Position numbers and translations under genes: made by a program | Source: Sphagnum compactum | Taxonomy: Eukaryota | Direction of reading: 5' to 3' | DNA: 64,000 nucleotides | NCBI GenBank assembly: GCA_965153455.1 | Contig: OZ234493.1 | Location: 9,476,213-9,540,212, forward strand | Notes under the pieces: model-generated | What the model was told of the DNA's origin: nothing | What the model saw: only the letters and a program-made list of their open reading frames with translations | Databases searched by the model: none | Part shown: positions 53,747 to 64,000 of the stretch, one piece after another | Layout: every line of letters begins with the position of its first letter | How positions within the stretch are numbered: the first letter of the stretch is position 1

Positions 53747-54699
53747 TGTTGTATGTGTGATGATAATGATAGTTGTAAGGGCTGACATAACAATGCTTGA
53801 CATAACTTTTGGAACTATGAGATACTTTAATTAAGTATAGCTAAAATATTCCATTGCATTTGATGTTCACCCAATTGGTTGTGGAAGTAACATTTGCATG
53901 AGATCTTCATCTCCTATTCAAGCTCGAGCCTCATGCTAGGTGGATCATAATTTGTAATAACTCCTATGATCCTATGGTTGGGTGAAGAGATCATAGTTAA
54001 TATGTGTTTTCCTCATCCCTATACTGTCATTGTTCTGTTGTGAACTTCCAACAAAATGAACCTTTCACTGTAGCAGCCAGGATTGCTCAAATTCTTAGAG
54101 CAATCCTTATCACAGCCTGTTTGGAGCAGCTTATTTGCCAAAGGATTTCTGATCAAAAGCGTGTTTTCCTCTCCATTTTCTTTTGGATTGGCTCTTCCTT
54201 TTCCAATCACTCCACTCAACATTGAAACACCTTGCTTTTCCTCACATAATAGGGTCCCATTGGAATAAATTTATCCTATAGGTTCTACGAACTTTCTCCA
54301 GACTTAAGATTTAAGTCAACTGGAATCAAATTGAGAGACAAACTGATAACAAGGTTTGTAGAGAGTTACAAATCTGAAAACATAACAGCAACATATCTAA
54401 GTATCAACATGAAAAAAGAGGCAACCCAATGCTGAAGGACGGAGAAAACAGAAACAAAAATGAGATGTGAGCATTAGTTTGGTCATGCATTGGTACAAAA
54501 TTGACCAAATTTCTCTTGTGTTTATTTTCTTTTCATCCAATTCCTGTCCAATATTGCACAATATATGGACACGTCTTGGCTATACTGATTTTAGTGAAAT
54601 AATGGCTCAACACAGATGCAGCACTACAGGAAACAACACAGATTTGAGGGGTCTGAACTAGTACAGGCAGAAGTGTATTACCTATGGAGAACAGGGATG

Positions 54700-56000
54700 G
54701 TTGGCATCACCACTAATCCCACTTGAACAAACACCATGCTTGAAATGATGGTATCAAATTGGAATCCTCATACTATAATTGCACTCCCAACTACATTTCT
54801 CAATGAACTTGGTGGCAGCGTGGCAGTCACCACAATAGTACCACCATATCCTTGAAAATGTGGAGTGGAGTATGACCATAAGTTGTGCTGTCAAGTCTAG
54901 ATGTAATAGCCAGTTTGTTGTTATGCTGACACCAATGTGACAGTTTTTCTTCTTCATCCACACTGTGCTGGACAAATTTTGTCTCTGTACCAGCATCATT
55001 CATCTACCCAGACATCTATTTTCTCTTTTTGAGGATGGTCTTGATCATCTAGTACAAATGTATGCACGTCATCACTCCATTCAATCCAGGTCCGATCTCA
55101 ATATTTTTTCACACCCCTTTACTCCTCTTGTTGCTGTTTGACATCTCCACTGTGATCCCAGCTGCCAGCATGGCAGCGATAGATGTCTGATAGCAGCATA
55201 AAGCCCATTGCATATCCAAGGTCCAATTCAAGAGCTTTTTTTGTGATGTGTTCCCCACTCTACAAAGAGTTCTGGGAGTACCGAGCAGGGCCAGCCATCC
55301 ACGTAGCCACATATTGTTTGCAGGATGTTGTCTTGATCACATCCTCTGCAATATGGTGGCATTTCCAAGAAGGTCAACAATGTAGGTGGGGTGTGGTGTT
55401 CCACTGTTGCAGGAATCCTGTAAACTGGACCCCATGGAATCAAAGTAGTGCAGGGCTTGAAACACTAGGTCCACATGACTGCAAGATGACAATAACAAAC
55501 AATAACAATAGCAATATTATTTATCTTAATACCCTCTTGACAAATCCATTTGAAATTGTACAAGAGCCCCCCCCAATGAAAGGCATACCCATTGATTATA
55601 GCAGGTTTTCAAGAAACCACATTGTTGCGGAAGGCTCTCCCTGCATCCTCAATGCACCCACATTTGCCATATATGTCAAATGAGGTTACTGCCAACAAAG
55701 ACACTAGATATGCGACTTGTTTGAACGATCAGGTCATGAGGCTACTCTCTTGACATCTCACTACCTTTATGAAAGTGACACAGGCTGGCTTCATCTCTTC
55801 TGTTGCATTTGTCAAATTTTTGCCTTCTGCATTCAGACCCAGCCTGCATTTCACATGTCCCAGTCCCACGTATACCACACAATGTGAGGGCATCTTGTCA
55901 AATGCTCTCCAAGCATTCTTCATTTTCCCACATAGATATTGTATCCAATTTGAATGATTGTTCATCAGTAAACCTGCTCTCTTCTGGTGCTGGCACTGCA
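54700..56000 (-). pseudogene. PLS-class PPR-E-DYW (RNA-editing factor family) pseudogene
   Basis: KMKNAWRAFDKMP, LGHVKC, MKPACVTFI (PPR); KGVKK..VHTFVLDDQDHP (E/E+); CGDCHAATKFI and YHHFKHGVCSS (DYW); heavily frameshifted. Confidence 0.8.
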
Positions 56001-57333
56001 TTCAGAAAATTAGAAATCAATAATAACTTCCTCCATCACCGAGAGAAGGATGACAGCAATTGCATTCATATACCTTCTCATGCCTGCCATCCCACCACAT
56101 AAAGGATTTGAAAACAAGTCCTGCCAAAATTTCTCCTTCTGGAATGTACAAACTGCAGGGACTGAAGCAAGAGTTTTCAGCTACTCAACTAACTTTTTGA
56201 CTAGACCTTTCCAGAGGCTATGGAAATCTGGGGGTGTGCAGGTGATACAAACAAGTCAGCAAAAAAACACCCATAAGGTGAGAAAGCAGTACAAGAGGAG
56301 GAAGGCAAGAATGCTTACAACCACCCTGACCTTTTAGTCCAATTGTGCTCTGGGGAGAAGATCAGTGGACTGCAAAATGTGTTGGATGACATGCACTCTC
56401 TGCATGCATGCATAGGGAGTTCCTGTCCACACTCTTGAGCTCGAGAGGACTGTTCTCTGCACACAGCAGCACTTCCTGGACTGAAGGTCCCTCCAAACTT
56501 AGACTCAATTTTCATCTGATTGCATACTTGCAGCTTGCCTCTCTAGTATTGCCCATGGGATTCCTCTTCTTTTATACCCTTCCTTGGATATGTTGAGAGT
56601 ATTGCTGATCAAAATACATTGAGATACTGATAATGCTGATCACTGATTGCCAACCTTACTACTTTTCCAGAGACTGCTGATTCCCTCCTTGAGAGCTCAG
56701 AGTCACTTCCATGGCTTTCTGAGGATATTCCCTACTAACCTAGATCACACCTTTCTGTACAGTTGCACCTTTCCTTTTCTTTGGATGATCTACTTTCTGC
56801 TATGTGCACCTATGTTGCCACTGGTAAGAGTGCTAGTACTCATGTTGCCAGAACTACAGGTTACTCCCACATGAAATTCTGATTCAATAGCTGGCTCCTG
56901 TCTCAGATTTCTGATTTGTTATCCAATCTTCCCTCCAGATTCTCTTAGCTTGCAGGGTTCTGTACTCATTTTTCCATGTAGTGTATTAGAGCTCATTTTG
57001 AAAACTTCTCCTTCCTCAAGCTCCAGTGCAAACAGCAGCTGCTCACTTTCCATTCCTGTCCAGTCCACAATTCAGCTTTTAGCTTGAATCCCAATCTGCA
57101 GTGCCTCAAGCTCAAAACCGGGAAGGGAACTATAGTTATCATGCTAAGACCTCAACTATCTTCAGTGATCTAGCTGCCTCCTCCACCACACATGCAGAAT
57201 TTGTGATAAGTGATCCTACATGAATGTGGCAATACATTTCTGTCTCTCTGCTCCCAGTGCAAGCATTGCACTATCTTGTGGATGCAGGGTCTATGGTCAT
57301 GGCTCTTACAAGAAAGCTCTTGTGTTTTTTATT

Positions 57334-60300
57334 CTATGAACTGCATGCATCTTGGGTTGAGAAGGGAAACCCACCATCACCACGGAGATATTCTCCCTTT
57401 TTCATTTTTGTATTGCACCAGTTGGATTCCCTTCTTTCTTCCATAGACCTTGCCCTTCTTGATGACCTTTCCCAAGCTTGTTCAAACCTTTCATTGGAAG
57501 CATGCCCTTGCATGCACCTACTGATCTTGATTTCTTGCCTTGTGCTTTGCTTCCTTTGAGCAGGAATATCCCCTGCACAGGATCTGCCTTGAAGATGTAG
57601 TATTGAGGAAACCTTTTGAAGCAGAGAGCCACAAATTTCTTGGAAATGACTCATCTTGCAGAACTTCTTCACCTTCAATTGATCCCTTGATAACTGATGC
57701 CCCTCCATGAGAGCAATCTTCTCCTTTCCCTTGAGTTTCTCCCTCAATTCTGGACATTCTGCAATTTTCTCTGTGTGTGCCAAACCTGGATGTGATAGTG
57801 CACAAGGCTCACCTTCACCAAAATCTGCTAAGAGGCTGTTATGAGGAACTACGGTCTTGCTGTCTGGTATTATTGTCTCTAGAATTTTTGCTGAGTCCTC
57901 ATCTTTCCAACTTACATGATGATTTTGTTTTAATTTACCTCCTGTCCAAGTTTGTCTGGCAAGCTCTTCTTGTTTGTCAGGTTCTAGATCAGCTGATGTG
58001 GAAGCAGAATTTGCACGGGGAAGTTCACACCAGGGTTGCTGCCCCAGATGCCCAGTACACATCTTTTGAACTTCTTCAAGTACCAAGTGGCTAGTGAGCT
58101 GTTCTGAAAGGTTTTGATTTGCTCTGTTTGTCTCACTTGTGCTTGTTAAACTGCTCCCATGCTGGCAGAGATCCATGCTAGAATATGTTGGATTTCCTGG
58201 TAAGAAATTACCTATTGGCACAATGGCATGTAGATTTTCCCCTGTTGCAACCTCTCTATCACATATTGCTTTTCCAACAAGATCTTTAAAAAGGTCAGTC
58301 CATACTTTGGTCTCTTCTTCCCGTAACTTTTGAAGCATGTGAGTCAACTGGCCATGCTTCAGAGACTCAATCTCCTTTGAAGTGTCAGTGAGTAACGCTT
58401 CTGTGACCAGTCGTACCATTTCATCTCTCAGCATGTTCCGAAAGCTAAGGTTACTCACCTCGAGCTCTTCTGTAAATTTCACTAGTGCAGTCCTCATGAT
58501 CTCCCTCTCCATTTGTTCCCTCCATCCCTGTGCATTTGCAATTTAAGAACAAATGTGGCAAGCCCCCTTGCAGTGTTGTCTTCAGTACTAGCAAATGAAC
58601 ACAATTCAAGACATGATATGCTCAGACACTCTGGACTTCACTACTTCAGGTTCATAGCAAATAAATTGCTGTCTGAGTGTTCATGGTATTGCAGAATTTT
58701 ATTGTATTGTTTCCACAAAATAAAACAAGACTGAGCAACTTTGTTCTTGATTTGAACTTACTGACCTCTGTTTGTACAACTTCTTGCATTTGTTTCACCA
58801 TTTCTTTTCTCTTCTCTTTCAAGAATGCTTGCTGCTGCACAGCAATCTCACACTCCATCTCTTGCTTTAGCTTTTCTTCCAGTTCTTGCCACCTTGCTTG
58901 GGTGCTTTCTCTGACAGTTGTTACAAGTGCCCGAGTTGCTTCCTCAAACATAAGTTTCTCCAAAATAACAAAACTATCTTTCACCCGCTTCACCGTGTCT
59001 CGCTTCATCTCTTCAAACAGAATTTGCTCCTCTGATGCTATTCTGTTTGTCACCCGTTGTATCATCTCCTGCCTCTCATTTCCCTTCATAAGATCTTCTT
59101 CAGCTTGCAAGTTGTTGCGGAACTTTTCTAGGATGAAAATCCTCTCGGTTTCATATGAGGCCCTCATGTCCACCATTGCCTACAGTCTCATCCATACAAT
59201 TGTTCAGAAATGCATATCTAACCAATTGCAGAGAAATCTCCAAAACGACAAGTTGAAGGTGGGTGCAGTCATAAACTCATGAGAGTTGATCACAAAGTGT
59301 CAGAAAATCATCTTCATCACAAATAGCACTGACTTCATCAGCTCCAGATGGTGGGTGTAGATAAGTATACAATCTGCCCAAAATGGACACCAGGAGTCTT
59401 TTGAGATTGAGTTCACCCACCTGTCTCAAGTCCTGGCTTCTCCACTCCCTATCCTCATGTATCTGCTGTTGAAGCTGCTGCTCCACTTCCTCATCTTGCT
59501 TCCTACAGATCTCTTGCTCCTGTCTTTTTTGGCCATCCACCAACCTGTCCATCTAGCATGTTTTTGAAGAATTCATGTTAATTGAGGACTCCCAGAGAAA
59601 TAGATAAAAATTCTGACTCACTCTGTTGCAAGCAATATCCTACATATCCAGCAATGAGGAGTTTATTGTGGAGAGCTGTCTTCAAGTGCACAGAATCACT
59701 TGCATGTCTATGTACTAGCAATGGAATGTGAAATGAAAACGACAGACAAAGTCTTCAAAGTACATACATCAATGTTGATGACTTGCAACGGTTGCTCTAC
59801 CAGTAGACCACTCTCTTTTCGTTTCACCATTTCTGCATGGCGGGAGTCAAAAAGTCCTCTCTCTTCTTCTTTGATTGCTTCTCCAGCCCTCTCAAGCATC
59901 TCTATGCGCTCCTGTTGCAGCACAATCCTCTGTTCCTCTTCGATTTTGGCCCGTACTCTCTCTCTCATTTGACTACGTTGGTGATCAAATTCCCTTCTTT
60001 CTTCCTCTTGTATCCATTGGCTCACCTGAAGAGGACAGATGTGTCTGTCACAATTTTCAGGCTTCCAATCCAGATGTGATCTTTCCAGACCTTGAGTTGT
60101 AGTCATGTCAACATAATACCTTTCCAAGCTCATGCTTTTTCTCTGGAAGATTGTAAATGCTTGATATATCTGTTCCTGTTCATGAGCTCATTGTGCTTGC
60201 CATGTACATGATAAAAAGCCTTTGCCACCCAGTTCATGACAGTTCATGGCATTCCAAATGTACATCTGGGTGATGTCCATATGTTGAACTTGCAACACAA

Positions 60301-62776
60301 TACCAAATCACTTACGGATGCCCCCATTGCAGTCATACCTGTCTTAGAGCTGAGATTCTTTTAAGAACTTTAGTCCATGTTGATTACAGTCCAGGAAGGA
60401 GAGAAGTTAAATTCAAGGTTCTTGCACTTTTATGGAATCACTCACCCGAGTAAGAAGATTGTGCCTTGCCTGGTGAATTGTTTGGACTTCATCCTCTGTG
60501 GCTGGAGCCTTTGCACTTGGTGATTTTTCCTCTCTTTGGGATGGTTGACTGGTCCACTTTGACAAGACAACCTCTGGAACACTCCTCCTGTCTTGGACCT
60601 GCAGCTTGAGTCATGTTAGTGAACAGTGAAAATTTCTAAAAGGCTTTGAAAGGAATTTGCTACAGTCTCAACACCACACTGATCTCAATTATAATGAGGT
60701 TTGGCTGATCTCAAACCATGGGTCAACAAATGCAAAGACCTAATCATATTGTTCAACAGATGCAATGAAGACCTTGATTGATGCAATGAAAAATTTCCCT
60801 TGGACATACTGACCTGGACTCCGATGCTGTGATCTTTTGGTAAGGTTTGAAAAGCAGCCATAACCCCTTGTAGTGCCCCTTCCTGGACAATACCTCCTGA
60901 GAATCCTCTAGGTGGTCAAGGTAAAATATTATTCATTTAGCCCAGGGTAAGAACAATTGGGTAAACATCATCATGCAGATAACTTGGTCATTTCAAAGGT
61001 CCTGTCACTCTCATTCCTTTGATTCATTACTCAACATGAGCTCAAGAGTTCAAGCCAAACCTGGCTGGCCAGCAGCGTTGTCTTTCTTCCTTGCCACAGT
61101 TGGAATGCCACTGCTCCAGCCTCCATGTGACATTGAAATTCCTGGCACCAGTGCAACTCTTGGGCTCCCCATACTGAGACTGCTGTTACTCTCGAATCTA
61201 GGTGTCATTGGGGATCCTGGAAATGATGAGTTTGGGGTATTGCCTTGGTCTCCACCTGAAAAATACAAGAGATAACCAGTTGACAATCTGTGTTGATTGC
61301 ACCATTTGAAGTGGCATAGGGAAAAGAAGATGACCAAAAGGCTTACAGCATTTTGACAAAGGAGATACATATCAGGGAAGAAGTCTCTGCATGTATAAGA
61401 GGCCAGTAATTTGTGGTACTTGTTGGAATATGATTTTGTCGAGAGGAGTCGCCATCTGAAGGATAGATTCTTGGTGGAGGTTGGAAAGAACTAGACAAGG
61501 AATTTGGATCTGGCTCCTTCAAGGCTCTAGTAGTCAGAGATGCCTCATGTGGCTGTTGCTTCCATGTTTGTGAACCCTTTGAACCTGTAGCTCCTGCAGA
61601 TTCTTGAACTCCAGAGCTACTACCATTCCTCTGCTGTAATACACATAAGTAAAGGCACAGATGAAAAAACTAACATAACACACTCAATTACATGCACTAC
61701 AGAAATTTGGTCACAGATTTTCAGAACCTAGAGATATGCAATGATGCTGTTTGCAGGTATCTGTGTAAGCTATTTGAAATCAAGAACCTGATCTGAAAGG
61801 GCTGGAAGGCTTGCTGGGGACAAGGAATCTGGACTATGGTGCTGGTACTTCAAGCCCAACTTGTTAATCTCCTCAGTGAACAATTTTCTGTGGCAATAAT
61901 CGAAGTTAGATTTTCTACTATCATATGGCCTACTGTTCTTCCAAAGCTGTTTCTATTTCATTTGATTGCATTTCATGCTTGCTAGGAAAATGAAGAAAGG
62001 TAGGCTAGAAGGGCAGTATTGCAGATACCTGTAGTAATCATCGCATGGATGTTCCCACACACTTTCTCCAGACTGGAAATTGAAATAGTAGATCTCATCA
62101 TCCTCTGACCGGCTGCAAGAAGAATATAAAATAGACCAGGTATGCCAACTTCAGTCTCCTTGAACCAGGCAACGAGTTCTAGGGCAATCTACTTTTGTCA
62201 ACACAGATTTTGAGTTTCCAAATCCCTTCTCTTGTTGTCCTGTACCGTATAGTTGTATATAAATAACTAAAAGATGCCTTACTACTTTGTTCATCTTGAT
62301 GGATTGCAATCAAGAAGCATACTTAGGGGAAGGGGAATGGAGTCACCAAGGTTTCCAGTGCTCGGGCAGGGGAGCTTTCAGGCCTTCCCTTGCCACCCAT
62401 AGCAGCTCACTCTCTTCAGGCAAATTCATTCCAAGCCATGTTGCATACTCCAGCAACTCTACAGTCAACAACATCATAGACACAAAGACATGTTTGGCAT
62501 TTGACCATTTGTTTGGAAGCCACAGCATAGCAAAGCAAAGCATGCATGATGTGGTGGATCTAAAAATGTATCTTATGCATTAAATGCCATCTCATGAGAA
62601 CACAAGAACTCTCATGTACACTTTCAGTGGAATTGCTTCAAAACAGCCTGATTCCCTCTTGTAGTTTGACCTAACTACAGGAAATGCCGAAGAAAATTTG
62701 CACCTTCTTCAGTAGGCTCATAGTTTACATCAATTTCCTCCTCCAGCACAATATTGTCCCGTGGGAATCTAGACAT
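57334..62776 (-). CDS. CEP164: CEP164-like centriole distal-appendage protein (N-terminal WW domain plus coiled coils), multi-exon; first exons 62776-62704, 62458-62347, 62112-62029, 61887-61788
   Basis: Spliced N-terminus [93 protein letters not shown] matches the CEP164 N-terminal pattern; E/Q/R/K-rich exons at about 60026-59800, 59552-59421, 59179-58765 and 58527 onward. Middle exons and the true 3' end are uncertain. Confidence 0.8.
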
Positions 62777-64000
62777 GATTGCAGTAAGTTTTTTGCCCTA
62801 AGAGCCACACTCCTTGTGTGCAGATTCCCAAACTCCGTATTCAAACTATCCATCAAACACTGCAATTATGCTTTGGTGAGGAAACAGAAGTCTGTCTGAT
62901 AACTTCAATTATAACTAGTTGCAGATAAAGAGAGGTTCAAATGTCATCCAGTCCTTCCCCTCCTTCTCTTACTTCTTGATCACTATGCTACATGTAATAG
63001 TCAATAGAACAGATCTCCTTGTCATCCACCACCCACTCCAAACCCTGTGAACATGAAAGCCCCCTCTCACCCATCTTTGATAATAATGCTCTTTTTTACC
63101 CACTCAGGCATAATCTCTACTAGGTATCATGATCAGTTTCACATCTGTATGCATGTGGACAGAGGGGGTTGATGAAGTCAAGCATTTCAGGGTTTAGGTC
63201 TGATCAAAGGACAAGCATTGCCCAAAGAAGCTTCCATTCATATCATAGACTTGATCACAATCCCTGTTTTGTACTTTCTTTCTCATTGAACTGCTTGGGC
63301 ACCATTGTTTTGTAAACAACTGGTGTAACCCAAAGTTTGTTTAAAAAAGACATGATTTTTTTGGGCCAACTGAGAACTATTTGAACAGTAACAAATGACA
63401 TGAGATATCCAAAACTATGCTGTGACCTTGGATGGTTGTTAGAAGGAGAAAATCAAAACCTAAAGTTTGAGGCTCACCTAACAATGCCATTGCTGCATTT
63501 GACAAGAAATCTGACTTAGCTTGATTGCACACCACTGGAGCAGCTTATTTGAAGATCCATCAAGCTATAGTCTTGCAGATCCAATTTGTCATTGTACAAA
63601 TTGATGTCTGGCATTTTGAAATTCTCACCAAGGACTTGAGTTCATAACAAATGGATCTGGTATACATGTGATCAAAGAAGCGTCAATGCCTGCACTTTCT
63701 CTATCACCATGAATTCTTCATAACCTTCTTTGCATGCAAGGTGTCGTAAACATCATGAAGTGAAAGAAGAGAACGCAACCACCTCACTGCTAAGCGGTTA
63801 TCACAACAAACCACCTAGAAACAAACAAACCTAATGGATTTGGAGATCATTGCAACGACTAAGTAATCCCGCTAAATATGTCACAGACGGTGGAAGGATA
63901 TCAGACAAAGAACCTGATGCAAGTCGCGCCGGACCCTCTTGTTTCCAAAGAACTTCTCTACGCAACCGAAGAAGAAGCACAGATCGCTTCGGCTACGAGA

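Noticed and set aside
61888..62028. U12-type call for the CEP164-like intron with donor GTATCTGC
   Set aside because: Lacks the CC at +5/+6 and no CCTTRAC branch site is seen.

Overview
Eukaryotic land-plant genomic DNA with spliced genes. A bryophyte, probably a Sphagnum-type moss, is inferred from the gene style, the repeat families and a centriole gene, which implies flagellated sperm. Seven intron-containing genes can be reconstructed by hand: an NPF/PTR transporter (+), a soluble pyrophosphatase (+), a YIPF1-like Yip1 protein (-), CKS1 (-; absent from the ORF track), CK2 beta (+), PDCD2 (-) and a CEP164-like WW/coiled-coil protein (-). Two pseudogenes are present (EBF-like F-box/LRR; PLS-DYW PPR). 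The rest is largely transposon debris: two convergent degenerate Ty1/copia elements with nested insertions (about 5.9-14.2 kb), a degenerate Ty3/gypsy pol ending in a PHD finger, an intact 820-bp solo LTR with a 5-bp TSD, several MITEs and tandem arrays. Most notable observations: two U12-type (minor spliceosome) introns, a 35-nt telo-box plus upstream-ATG element shared by two unrelated genes, the PHD-bearing gypsy integrase, an isolated near-perfect 46-bp hairpin, and a possibly decaying 3' end of the CEP164-like gene. No CRISPR array, rRNA or tRNA was recognised, and I found no clearly new biological system. All exon boundaries were read manually and need transcript confirmation.
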